Source of the DNA: Bacteroidales bacterium | Lineage (GTDB): Bacteria; Bacteroidota; Bacteroidia; Bacteroidales; JAADJA01 | NCBI GenBank assembly: GCA_020052415.1 | Contig: JAGVPB010000048.1 | Location: forward strand, 114,437-178,436 | DNA: 64,000 nt | Reading direction: 5' to 3' | Shown: piece after piece, positions 1-9,537 of the stretch | Layout: every line of letters starts with the position of its first letter | Position numbering within the stretch: the stretch's first letter is position 1 | Program-made: the position numbers and the translations under genes | Notes under the pieces: generated by a model | Told to the model about the DNA's origin: nothing | Seen by the model: only the letters and a program-made list of their open reading frames with translations | Database searches by the model: none

Positions 1-785
1 ACGGTGATGGTATCTGTAATTTGAAAGCCACCGCTTAATGTCATCAGTCCATCTTCTGGATTTACGACATTTACATCCCAAAATCCGGTAACGGCATCTG
101 ATGGAACTTCCAACTGAGCAGAAATCAAAGTGTCATTTACTGCATAAATGGATTGAAATCCAAGGCTATCGCTCAGTAAACTGATCCAGGCTGTGGTACC
201 GGTATTCTGAAAATGTGTATTTATACCGAAAATATTGACATTAAGCGACTCTCCCTGTTCAGCCTCATTTGGAACGATACTGGTAATACCGGGTATGACT
301 GGGGTTCCGGACTGTATAGGAATAAAAAAATCCATGCAGTTTGTCCCTCCTGACTGAAAATCCCTGCCATCCTGCGTCCAGTCTGTACCATTATTAAATA
401 CGGCACATATTTGAGTAACATTTGCTCCAACAGCAAATCCATAAAAATCATACGGTGTATAAATTATTGAAAAAGTACCATCAGGATTGGCTGTCAAAAT
501 AGGCGACTGTCCGTTGGCGCCAGTCGCATTAAAAGCAATTACATTTTGCCATGTACTTCCATTTATTGTTACGCCGGAATGCATTCCGATTGAAGGGAGA
601 CCGGCAAGGCTACCACTTTGGAAACAAGCCTCAACAGGGTCAAAAGTGAGTGTGATCTCATCATAAACCGTGGCATTTTCCGGTTCAATCGAAATAGCCG
701 CAGGCATCTGACTAAAAGCATTAACGGAACTGATGAATAATATAATGAAAACACTCAAAGCGATAAAGAGTAATGATTTTTTCAT
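1..785 (-). CDS. Secreted protein, 5' part only (runs off the window): signal peptide, a possible carbohydrate-binding-type N-terminal domain, then an IPT/TIG Ig-like domain
   Basis: Not in the ORF track. Manual translation from ATG at 785 gives MKKSLLFIALSVFIILFISSVNAFSQMPAAISIEPENATVYDEITLTFDP...PGITSIVPNEAEQGESLNVNIFGINTHF..., open to base 1. Lies directly downstream of the GH13 gene. Confidence 0.75.
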   Translation of the reverse strand, partial: MKKSLLFIALSVFIILFISSVNAFSQMPAAISIEPENATVYDEITLTFDPVEACFQSGSLAGLPSIGMHSGVTINGSTWQNVIAFNATGANGQSPILTANPDGTFSIIYTPYDFYGFAVGANVTQICAVFNNGTDWTQDGRDFQSGGTNCMDFFIPIQSGTPVIPGITSIVPNEAEQGESLNVNIFGINTHFQNTGTTAWISLLSDSLGFQSIYAVNDTLISAQLEVPSDAVTGFWDVNVVNPEDGLMTLSGGFQITDTIT

Positions 786-817
786 AGGACTTGAGTTTAG
801 AGATATTTATAACTAAG

Positions 818-2221
818 TTATTTGTTTATATAAACATAATATTGCCATGGATTCAACTTAACCTTTGTGCTGTCAATGAATGACTTTTCCTCTCCTGTAA
901 ATATTTCCCGGAAATCTGTAATTTCATCATTTACTTTTATTTTTACATCTAAAGTATCCATTGAAAGATTGCAGATCACCATTACCCGGTCTGCCTCCTT
1001 TTGCCTTAAAAAAGCTAAAACAGATTTCTTGTACGCTGTATTAATGCGTTCAAAATTTCCACCTGAAAGTCCATTCCACAAGGCTGAATTTGATTTCTTG
1101 ACGAAACTAAGGTTTTGATAAAAAGCCAGCAACGGTGAATTTAAATCCCATTCAATGCTGTCCTTTTCAAAAAATTTGAGCCTTCGGTCGAGACCCACTT
1201 CCTGTCCGCTGTATATGAGAGGCATACCGGGAAGAGTATAGGTTAATACTCCAAAGACATTTACAGCATCCCCGAGCCTTTCTTTTTCAGTTCCATTCCA
1301 TGAATTCTCATCATGGTTTGTAATAAAATTCATCCTGTAGGCATTTGCAGGGAAAAGGGTATCCTGTTTAGCAAAATAGGATTCAATATCATTCGCATTT
1401 TTTTCGCCTTTTGCAATACCATTAAATATATGGTGTAATTCCCAGGCATAAGACATATCAAAAGCTTTGATATGATGTTCGGGTTGTTCGGCTTCAGCAA
1501 GCATAAAAACAGGCTTCATTATGTCAAGTTCGGATCTCACTCTTTCCCAGAAATCTGTTGGCACCATCCCTGCCACATCACAGCGATAACCATCAATGTC
1601 AGTCTCAGTAATCCAGAACTTAAGGGCATTGATCATCTCTTCCTGCAGTCCTTTTTCATCAAAGTTTAAATCTGCCACGTCAGTCCAGTCAAAAGGAGAA
1701 GTCATTTTTCCCAGAGAATCTTTGGTGTACCATTCCGGGCGATCAATAATCCATTGATTGTCCCAAGAGGAATGATTCGCGACCCAGTCAAGGATTACTT
1801 TAAAACCCAGGTCATGGGCGGTTTTAACAAGCTCTTTAAAATCATCCATTGTGCCGAACTCAGGATTCACGGCTTTGTAATCCCTGACGGCATAGTAACT
1901 TCCAAGAGTTCCCTTCCTGTTTTTCTCACCAACCGGAAATATGGGCATCAGCCATAAAATGTCAATCCCCATTTCTTTTAACCGTGGCAGATGTTCCTGA
2001 AATGCCTTGAAAGTTCCCTCCCTGGTATATTGCCTGATGTTTACCTCGTAAATATTTGCATTTTTGCTCCACTCAGGATGAATAATATCACTAACGCGGG
2101 GGATAGCTTTAATAACTACCTCCTTCCGGCTGGAGGATATCAGAGTTGTAATACCGATAAGTGAAATTACAATTACTATAACGAATAAGGATTGATCTGT
2201 AAGATATTGAAGTGTCTTCAT
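818..2221 (-). CDS. GH13 alpha-amylase family glycoside hydrolase
   Basis: Conserved GH13 regions DWVANH, GYRCDVAG (nucleophile Asp), LAE and NHDE; N-terminal hydrophobic segment. Confidence 0.93.
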   Translation of the reverse strand: MKTLQYLTDQSLFVIVIVISLIGITTLISSSRKEVVIKAIPRVSDIIHPEWSKNANIYEVNIRQYTREGTFKAFQEHLPRLKEMGIDILWLMPIFPVGEKNRKGTLGSYYAVRDYKAVNPEFGTMDDFKELVKTAHDLGFKVILDWVANHSSWDNQWIIDRPEWYTKDSLGKMTSPFDWTDVADLNFDEKGLQEEMINALKFWITETDIDGYRCDVAGMVPTDFWERVRSELDIMKPVFMLAEAEQPEHHIKAFDMSYAWELHHIFNGIAKGEKNANDIESYFAKQDTLFPANAYRMNFITNHDENSWNGTEKERLGDAVNVFGVLTYTLPGMPLIYSGQEVGLDRRLKFFEKDSIEWDLNSPLLAFYQNLSFVKKSNSALWNGLSGGNFERINTAYKKSVLAFLRQKEADRVMVICNLSMDTLDVKIKVNDEITDFREIFTGEEKSFIDSTKVKLNPWQYYVYINK

Positions 2222-2251
2222 ATTAAAATAAGAAAAATTGAAGGGTCAAAT

Positions 2252-2917
2252 TTAGAGAAGATTTTTGAGTATCGTCAAATTTACTTCACGAAAATCATTG
2301 ATAATTAAATCTACTTCCGGCAAATCGCCTGCCTTATGGGTTGTAGTTATCGCTACCACGCTGGTTCCGGCATTTTTTGCAGCGATAATGCCATTAATTG
2401 AATCTTCAAAAACGATGCATTGATCCGGATTGTATTTCAAAGCTTTTGCGGTTTTTAAATAAATTTCAGGATCTGGTTTTCCTTTGGTCACAAATGAAGA
2501 ATCGAGTATGACCGGGAAAAAAGCTAAAGTGCCGGTTTTTTCGAGGACAAACTTTACATTGACCGCAGGTGATGAGGTTGCAAGGGCAAGAGGTACTTTA
2601 TTTTGCCGGAGTATTGTCAGTAAAGATATAAGGCCATCTACAGGTTTTATCTCATCAGAATAAATATTCCTGTAAATAGCCTCTTTTGTTTCTTCATACT
2701 CTTTGATCTCCCTTCTTGTCAACTTTCTGTTGAAAAAATGTTCAAGGTGTTCTTTGTTCGTACCTCCAAAGGTTTTGGTTCTGAAATCACCGGTTAAAGA
2801 GATTTCATACTTTTCCAGAAAAATCTCCCAGGCTCGAAGATGATACTCATAATTGTCAACAAGAACACCATCCATATCGAAAATCACTGCAAAATCACCA
2901 GTCATAAATATTCGCAT
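2252..2917 (-). CDS. HAD-family phosphatase, beta-phosphoglucomutase-like
   Basis: Motif I FDMDGVL, ATSS, KPDPEIY and FEDS..G; adjacent to the amylase. Confidence 0.88.
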   Translation of the reverse strand: MRIFMTGDFAVIFDMDGVLVDNYEYHLRAWEIFLEKYEISLTGDFRTKTFGGTNKEHLEHFFNRKLTRREIKEYEETKEAIYRNIYSDEIKPVDGLISLLTILRQNKVPLALATSSPAVNVKFVLEKTGTLAFFPVILDSSFVTKGKPDPEIYLKTAKALKYNPDQCIVFEDSINGIIAAKNAGTSVVAITTTHKAGDLPEVDLIINDFREVNLTILKNLL

Positions 2918-2976
2918 ATCTGAATTACGTTGCCAAAAATAAATATTATCTAAATTTGCCCGATTATAAAACGACT

Positions 2977-3585
2977 ATGCAAAAGTATTATCTTGAGATT
3001 ACAGCATTTTTTTGCGGTGCGGCGGTAATGGCATTTGAAATAATTGCATCCAGGATGCTGGGACCGTATGTTGGTACTTCTGCAATTGTTTGGACAAGTA
3101 TTATTGGTGTAATTCTGCTGAGCCTTGCCACAGGTTATTACATAGGCGGACGTTTGGCTGACCGCAAACCGCGTGCAGATGTTCTCTCATTATTGATATT
3201 CCTTGCAGGTTTATTTATTTTCATTACAACACTCCTGAAAGACTCAATCATGCAATTACTTACTAACTCGATTTCTGATGTCAGGGTGATCTCAATAATT
3301 ACTTCAGTTCTGTTATTTATGGTACCTTCTGTTTTGCTCGGAACAGTATCCCCTTTCGCTGTAAGGATTAGATTAAAATCGGTTGCCAAAACCGGCTCAA
3401 CCGTAGGAAACCTATATGCCATTTCGACTATCGGAAGCATAGCAGGAGTATTTCTTGCCGGGTTTTACCTTATACCGACTTTCAGGATATCCGATATTTT
3501 ATTTCTACTATCAATAGTTTTGATCCTGGTGTCGCTATTTTTAAACGGCCTATACCGGTATTTTAAATACATGCTTAAATCATAG
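2977..3585 (+). CDS. Stand-alone membrane domain of the fused MFS/spermidine synthase type
   Basis: GAAVMAFEIIASRML.PYVGTS..VWTSIIGV, GG.LADR and G..VG.LYAISTIGSI.G motifs. ATG 2977 preferred because the TTG at 2956 lies within a TAAATTTG promoter motif. Confidence 0.8.
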   Translation: MQKYYLEITAFFCGAAVMAFEIIASRMLGPYVGTSAIVWTSIIGVILLSLATGYYIGGRLADRKPRADVLSLLIFLAGLFIFITTLLKDSIMQLLTNSISDVRVISIITSVLLFMVPSVLLGTVSPFAVRIRLKSVAKTGSTVGNLYAISTIGSIAGVFLAGFYLIPTFRISDILFLLSIVLILVSLFLNGLYRYFKYMLKS

Positions 3586-3588
3586 AAC

Positions 3589-4380
3589 ATGAAGAAATCG
3601 TTGTTGTATTTGCTCATCTTACTAGTAATAACAGGATTTTCCGGTTGTCAAAACAGTGAGTCTGACAACCCTATAAAAATTGCTCTTTCACGTGCTGTCC
3701 CTGAAGAAAAATATCAGAATTATTTCCGTTGGCTGAAAAGTGTTGATACGAATATCATTTTCCTCGACATGTATCATTTAAGTTTTGATTCTGCACTGGC
3801 TTTATTAAATGAATGTGACGGCCTTTTGTTAACCGGCGGCGAAGATGTTTATCCGGGCAGATTTGACAGGGAAAATGATACCGGCCGGTGCACTGAAATT
3901 GATTTGAAAAGAGACACTTTAGAATTCGCATTGCTGTCCAAAGCAATTGAAAGAAAAATGCCTGTCCAGGGAGTGTGCAGGGGCCTACAACTTATAAATG
4001 TATATTTCGGAGGATCGCTGATCATTGATATACCAACAGATCTGGATACAGTGATCAAACATCAGCTCCCCGATACATATAATTGTCTTCACCATGTTGA
4101 CATTAAGAAAGGGTCGTGGTTACATAAAATCTCAGGAATAAGCAAGGGTATTACAAACAGCAACCATCACCAGGGTATTGATGTGCTCGGAACTCCATTA
4201 GAAGAAAATGCCGTTACAAAGGACGGGCTGATTGAGGCGATCGGAATTAAAGACAGAAGCAATTTCTCCTATTTATTTGCTGTTCAATGGCATCCTGAGC
4301 GCTTGGAATACGGCAATCCGCTAAGCGGACCAATAGCCAGAGAATTCATCAGGGAAGTTAAATCATTCTCAAAAAAGTAA
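3589..4380 (+). CDS. Peptidase C26 / gamma-glutamyl-gamma-aminobutyrate hydrolase (PuuD-like), predicted lipoprotein
   Basis: LLLTGGEDV, GVCRGLQ (catalytic Cys), NS.HHQ and QWHPE motifs; lipobox FSGC. Confidence 0.88.
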   Translation: MKKSLLYLLILLVITGFSGCQNSESDNPIKIALSRAVPEEKYQNYFRWLKSVDTNIIFLDMYHLSFDSALALLNECDGLLLTGGEDVYPGRFDRENDTGRCTEIDLKRDTLEFALLSKAIERKMPVQGVCRGLQLINVYFGGSLIIDIPTDLDTVIKHQLPDTYNCLHHVDIKKGSWLHKISGISKGITNSNHHQGIDVLGTPLEENAVTKDGLIEAIGIKDRSNFSYLFAVQWHPERLEYGNPLSGPIAREFIREVKSFSKK

Positions 4381-4383
4381 AAC

Positions 4384-5514
4384 ATGAAAAAAATTCAATT
4401 AATCAGCGGTTTAATAATCGTACTATTTATCGGTGGCTGTATTGATAACAAGCAGAAACAAGAAAAAAAAGAAAATCAAACCATGAGCATTACAAAAGAA
4501 ATATTCGGAACTTATGATAACAAAGAGGTTTATCTCTATTCATTGAAGAATGGTTCAGGATTTACCGTCAGAATAACTAATTACGGTGGAATTGTTACAT
4601 CTATCCTGGCGCCCGATAAAAATGAAATTTTTGATAATGTCGTTTTAGGCTACAATGGACTTGGTGGCTATTTAGAGAACGCTCCCTATTTTGGCGCCAT
4701 TGTCGGAAGGTATGCAAACCGCATTGCCAAAGGTAAATTCGTTTTGGATGGAAAGGAATATACTCTTGCAGTCAATAATGGACCTAATCATTTGCATGGC
4801 GGAATTAAGGGATTCGATAAGGTAGTTTGGGATGCTGAAGAAATTAAAGGAGAAAATAACCCTGGTCTGAAACTACATTATTTATCAAAGGACGGAGAAG
4901 AAGGCTATCCTGGAAATCTGGATGTTACAGTTATTTATTCCATAAATGATGATAATGAATTGAAGATTGAATATTCAGCTAAAACAGATAAACCTACGCC
5001 TATCAACCTTAGCCATCATAGCTATTTTAATCTTGCAGGAACATCAGGAAGGGATATTCTCGAGCAAACTTTATTTATTGATGCAAACAAATATACCTTT
5101 GTGGATGATTCCCTGATTCCTACCGGTGAATTGCGAGATGTCGCCGGGCCAATGGATTTTCGGAAACCAATGGCAGTAGGAAGAAGGATTGATAATGTTC
5201 CAGGTGGTTACGACCATAACTATGTACTGAACAATAATGGGATCTTTGCCAGGGTTGCTGAGCTATCGGATTCTATTTCAGGAAGGACAATGGAAGTTTT
5301 CACCGATGAACCTGGCATGCAGTTTTACTCAGGAAACTTCCTGGATGGAAGCATTACCGGTATTGGAGGAATCGTTTACAAAAAACATTTTGGTTTGTGC
5401 CTGGAAACCCAACACTTTCCTGATTCACCCAATCATCCGGAATTTCCGAATACCATACTTAAACCAGCTAATGAATATAAGCAAAAGACGGTTTATAGGT
5501 TTGGCGTAAAGTAA
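4384..5514 (+). CDS. galM: Aldose 1-epimerase (galactose mutarotase)
   Basis: GRYANRI, NHLHGG, HSYFNL, GYDHNY and CLETQHFPDSPN motifs; lipoprotein-like N-terminus. Confidence 0.95.
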   Translation: MKKIQLISGLIIVLFIGGCIDNKQKQEKKENQTMSITKEIFGTYDNKEVYLYSLKNGSGFTVRITNYGGIVTSILAPDKNEIFDNVVLGYNGLGGYLENAPYFGAIVGRYANRIAKGKFVLDGKEYTLAVNNGPNHLHGGIKGFDKVVWDAEEIKGENNPGLKLHYLSKDGEEGYPGNLDVTVIYSINDDNELKIEYSAKTDKPTPINLSHHSYFNLAGTSGRDILEQTLFIDANKYTFVDDSLIPTGELRDVAGPMDFRKPMAVGRRIDNVPGGYDHNYVLNNNGIFARVAELSDSISGRTMEVFTDEPGMQFYSGNFLDGSITGIGGIVYKKHFGLCLETQHFPDSPNHPEFPNTILKPANEYKQKTVYRFGVK

Positions 5515-5515
5515 C

Positions 5516-5543
5516 CCTCACAGGTTGTTTCCAGCCTGTTAGG
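5516..5543. repeat. REP-like palindrome or bidirectional terminator between convergent galM and ppk2
   Basis: CCTCACAGGTTG-TTTC-CAGCCTGTTAGG imperfect hairpin immediately after the galM stop. Confidence 0.4.
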
Positions 5544-5601
5544 TCATAAATCGTTGATCCTTTCTTTTTATATCCAACTGAACCGAAAAGACATAAAAGG
5601 T

Positions 5602-6405
5602 TTAATATATCTCCGGAACAAACGTTTGCTCCGACATAGGAGGCCTGACATATCCTTTCTTATTTTCCCGCAAAGGCAGCTTTATAGATTCAGGCTCTAC
5701 ATATTCATAAGGAATCATGCTTAATAAATGGGAAATACAATTTAATCTTGCCCGCCGCTTGTCATCGGAATTCACTACAAACCACGTTGACTGCTTTGTA
5801 TCAGTATAGGAGAACATCTCATCTTTGGCTTTCGAATATTCTGTCCATTTTTCATAGGATTTCAAATCAACATCGCTGAATTTCCATCGTTTGGTCGGGT
5901 CTTCAAGCCTGGCCTTAAACCTCTTTTCCTGCTCTTTATCACTGACTGAAAACCAATATTTGATCAGGATAATTCCTGAGCGTATCAGCATGGTCTCAAA
6001 ATTAGGACATGAACGAAGAAACTCCCAATATTCCTCCTCAGTGCAAAATCCCATTACCTTTTCCACCACAGGCCTGTTGTACCAGCTTCTGTCAAAAAGA
6101 ACCATTTCGCCAGATGCAGGAAGCTGCGATACATATCGCTGAAAATACCATTGTGTACGTTCGCGTTCGGTGGGTTTGGCCAGCGCCACGATGCGGCAAA
6201 TCCTGGGATTCAGTGTTTCGGTGATTCGCTTGATTGTTCCTCCCTTACCGGCGGCATCACGGCCTTCAAATACGACAACTACTTTAAGTCCTTTTTCTTT
6301 AATCCATTCCTGCAATTTCACAAGCTCAACCTGGAGTCTGGCAAGCTCCAACTCATAATGTTCCTCCCCGAGCTTTTCTATTTTTTGTTTCTTTTTTTCG
6401 TCCAC
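5602..6405 (-). CDS. ppk2: Polyphosphate kinase 2
   Basis: Walker A FEGRDAAGKGG, DRSWYNR, W.FS..D and DDKRRARLN motifs. Confidence 0.96.
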   Translation of the reverse strand: MDEKKKQKIEKLGEEHYELELARLQVELVKLQEWIKEKGLKVVVVFEGRDAAGKGGTIKRITETLNPRICRIVALAKPTERERTQWYFQRYVSQLPASGEMVLFDRSWYNRPVVEKVMGFCTEEEYWEFLRSCPNFETMLIRSGIILIKYWFSVSDKEQEKRFKARLEDPTKRWKFSDVDLKSYEKWTEYSKAKDEMFSYTDTKQSTWFVVNSDDKRRARLNCISHLLSMIPYEYVEPESIKLPLRENKKGYVRPPMSEQTFVPEIY

Positions 6406-6444
6406 GATATCTGATTTTAGTATTAGACACTTTGATTTACTTTA

Positions 6445-6495
6445 TCCATTATTCCAGTATTCCATTATTCCAGTATTCCATTATTCCAGTATTCC
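6445..6495. repeat. Octamer-based tandem repeat, (TCCATTATTCCAGTAT)x3
   Basis: Read directly between galK and ppk2. Confidence 0.9.
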
Positions 6496-6519
6496 TCAGT
6501 ATTTAGAGATAATTTGTCA

Positions 6520-7707
6520 TTAGTCCTCAATGTTTACCTTTCTCACCCCATCCCCTATTTTTGCAATGAAAAATGAAGCTTCAAGCCCGGTTTTTTGTTT
6601 ATAATTCTTACCTGTTTTTTCGATAAAATTTTCAACCTGTTCATTTCGTACAATACTTACGGTACAACCGCCGAAACCTGCCCCTGTCATCCTTGAACCT
6701 GCCACTCCTTCTATTTTTGAAGCCTCTTCTACCAGGGTGTCTAATTCAAAACAAGATACTTCATAGTCCTCCTTTAATGAGCGGTGCGAATCATACATCA
6801 ATTCTCCGAAATATTGAACATCATTATGTTTTAGAACTTTTACCGCCTCGATCACTCTTTGATTTTCGGAGATAACATGCAGCGCTCTTTTTCTCACAAT
6901 ATCATCTTTAATTCTTCCTGCAACAGTGTTGAATTCTGATAAATCTAGCTCACTCAAATTTTTGATTGGCTTAAAGGATTGCAGATCATTTACAGCCAGT
7001 TCACACTCTGCCCTGCGCTCGTTGTATTTTGAATCGGCCAGGCGGCGTTGTTTGTTGGTGTTTGTAATAACCAGGCAATAATCTCCCAATATTACAGGAA
7101 CCAGTTCATAATTCAGATTATCACAATTAAGAAAAATCGCATGATCTTTTTTCCCAAATCCAACCGCAAACATATCCATGATACCGCATTTCATTCCAAC
7201 AAAATCATTCTCCGCCCGCTGACTAAGCTTAACCAAATCGAGCATACCAAGTCCATAGCCGCCCAGTTCGTTTAAAGCAAAAGCAGTCACCATTTCAATG
7301 GATGCAGAGGATGATAATCCGGCACTATTTGGGATGTCGCCTGCAAATAATAAATCATAACCAGGAATCCTGAATCCTGATTTCTGAAATTCACTGATAA
7401 CTCCCAGAGGGTAATTTACCCAGGAATTGCCTATCGGAATAACCGGTTTGGCACAATCAACCTCTTCGCCCCCGGTCAAATTCTTTGACCGGAATCTTAT
7501 TTTAGAATAATTAGCCGTCCTTATAAGTAAAAAGGTTCCATAGTGAAGACTGCATGGCAGAACGAAGCCGCCGTTATAATCCGTATGTTCTCCGATGAGG
7601 TTTACCCGGCCCGGAGCAAAAAAAACCGAAATGTCTTCCTTTGATCCGTCATAATGTTTAATAAAATCATCCTTCAAACTGTTCAGGTTCCAGGAATTGT
7701 TGTTCAT
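6520..7707 (-). CDS. galK: Galactokinase
   Basis: PGRVNLIGEHTDYNGG, GLSSSAS, CGIMD and SRMTGAGFGGC motifs. Confidence 0.97.
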   Translation of the reverse strand: MNNNSWNLNSLKDDFIKHYDGSKEDISVFFAPGRVNLIGEHTDYNGGFVLPCSLHYGTFLLIRTANYSKIRFRSKNLTGGEEVDCAKPVIPIGNSWVNYPLGVISEFQKSGFRIPGYDLLFAGDIPNSAGLSSSASIEMVTAFALNELGGYGLGMLDLVKLSQRAENDFVGMKCGIMDMFAVGFGKKDHAIFLNCDNLNYELVPVILGDYCLVITNTNKQRRLADSKYNERRAECELAVNDLQSFKPIKNLSELDLSEFNTVAGRIKDDIVRKRALHVISENQRVIEAVKVLKHNDVQYFGELMYDSHRSLKEDYEVSCFELDTLVEEASKIEGVAGSRMTGAGFGGCTVSIVRNEQVENFIEKTGKNYKQKTGLEASFFIAKIGDGVRKVNIED

Positions 7708-7766
7708 AAAATTTTTGAATATTTATAAATTAAAAAAATGTTACTTCCGTAGATAAAATTCAACTA

Positions 7767-8543
7767 TTATCCCATTGTACCTTTTATAGCACCGCCATCC
7801 ACACTTATTGTCTGGCCTGTAACGTATCCTGACAAAGATGACAGCAACCATGCTGCAAGTGTTCCAAAATCATTTGGGTCTCCAATCGCACCGACAGGAA
7901 TTTCGGACTTATATTCGGATTCAGCCTGCTCAATCGAAATATTGTCAGCGCTGCTTCTCTTTACATACAGTCTGTGTGCCGCAGGTGTATTATGAAATCC
8001 CGGCGCCAAAATATTTAGTGTAATGCCTTTTTTAGCTACCTCCTGCGAAAGAGTCTTCACGAAACCGACTACGGCAAGCCGGATTGAATTACTGAGAACA
8101 AGATTTGCCACAGGCTGCTTCACAGAAGAACTTTCAATATATACAATTCGTCCGTATTTCTGAGAAAGAAATTTTGGTATAACAGCTTTTGTCAGTTCAA
8201 CCTTCCATCGCAGAAGAGAATTATATGCTGTATCCCAGTCACTCAGTTCGGTTTCAAGAAATGATTTGGCAGGCGGACCGCTGGCATTAATGAGAATTCC
8301 ATGTAAATACCTGTTTCCAACTTGTTGTATGATTTTTTGTGTTGTTTCCGTCAGGAAAACATCCCCTGCTAATGGTTCGACCTGATCCGGAAATTCCTTT
8401 GCAAGCGCCTCTAATTTTTCGCTATTCCGGGCAACTGCGATAACATCGGCATATTCATACAAAAGCGATTTTGTAACTCCATTGCCTAATCCGCTTGTTG
8501 CCCCGGTTACAATAAATAACTTATCTTTTAATCCCAGATTCAT
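7767..8543 (-). CDS. SDR-family oxidoreductase (atypical subgroup with S-N-x-x-R in place of YxxxK)
   Basis: TGATSGLG, NASGPP, SNSIR and TGQTISVDGG motifs. Confidence 0.88.
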   Translation of the reverse strand: MNLGLKDKLFIVTGATSGLGNGVTKSLLYEYADVIAVARNSEKLEALAKEFPDQVEPLAGDVFLTETTQKIIQQVGNRYLHGILINASGPPAKSFLETELSDWDTAYNSLLRWKVELTKAVIPKFLSQKYGRIVYIESSSVKQPVANLVLSNSIRLAVVGFVKTLSQEVAKKGITLNILAPGFHNTPAAHRLYVKRSSADNISIEQAESEYKSEIPVGAIGDPNDFGTLAAWLLSSLSGYVTGQTISVDGGAIKGTMG

Positions 8544-8584
8544 AAAGTGAAGGCTCTTTTATTAATCCCTAGTTATTTCTTAAT

Positions 8585-9475
8585 CTATAACCCTCTTTGC
8601 CATTCTTCCCTGAAGTTTGTTACTTCGGGATTTTGTATTGCCGTTTCTATTTGGCTTAGAATCCTTTCCCGATCTCTTGAGAGATTCCCTTTTAATATAA
8701 GATAATTTGATGCATGATCGCTTCTGAAAACTGCATTTTCAAGCCTTAGTTCCGATATAAATAAATAAATCTCCTTCAGTAAACCGGATCTGTCCAAAGC
8801 TTCAAAGGTCCCTTTAAATCTCGTTTTGTAATGATCCATGCCGAAGGGAAAACTTAAAACCAAAGTTGACAAAAACTCCGGTTGAATTGCATTTATTATT
8901 TTTGCAGAATTCAAAGCATGTTGTACGGAATATTTTTTACCTCCCAATCCGTTCAGGATCATTACTGAAATTTTTATCCCCGCTTCCTTCGCCTTTGAGA
9001 GATTATTAATCGTTGATTCAAATGTCTCTCCTTTATTGATCAGTTTTAAAATCTCATCGTCACCTGTTTCAATTCCAACATAAATCAAAGTAAGGCCGGC
9101 GTTTTTCAATTCAGTCAATTCCTTTACACTTTTGTTTTCCAAATCCTTCGGTAAAGAATAAGCTGAAATCCTTGATAACTTTGAGAATCGGTCATTCAAA
9201 GGAAATAAGACTGCCATTAGCCGTCCGGAGGAAAGAACCATAGCATTTCCATCAGCTAAAAAAACTTTTCGGAGATCGGGATTCCATTGCCGGGCAGCAT
9301 TAATGTCTTTGAGCACATCTTCCTCGGATCTTACCCTGAATTTTTTTGACGTGTACATTTCACAAAATGCACACTTATTCCAGGAACATCCAATAGTAAC
9401 CTGTAATATCAGTGAAAATGCCTCACTGGGAGGCCTGAATAAGGGTTCATCATATTTTATGGGATGAAATAACAA
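8585..9475 (-). CDS. Radical SAM protein
   Basis: RPPSEA..LILQ.T.GCSWNKCAFC (CxxxCxxC), FLADG and RSDHASNY motifs. Confidence 0.88.
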   Translation of the reverse strand: MLFHPIKYDEPLFRPPSEAFSLILQVTIGCSWNKCAFCEMYTSKKFRVRSEEDVLKDINAARQWNPDLRKVFLADGNAMVLSSGRLMAVLFPLNDRFSKLSRISAYSLPKDLENKSVKELTELKNAGLTLIYVGIETGDDEILKLINKGETFESTINNLSKAKEAGIKISVMILNGLGGKKYSVQHALNSAKIINAIQPEFLSTLVLSFPFGMDHYKTRFKGTFEALDRSGLLKEIYLFISELRLENAVFRSDHASNYLILKGNLSRDRERILSQIETAIQNPEVTNFREEWQRGL

Positions 9476-9537
9476 AATAAAACAGGTTAACGTACCAAAA
9501 TAAAAATTTATATTTTAGCAAAATAATCAGCAAAAAT

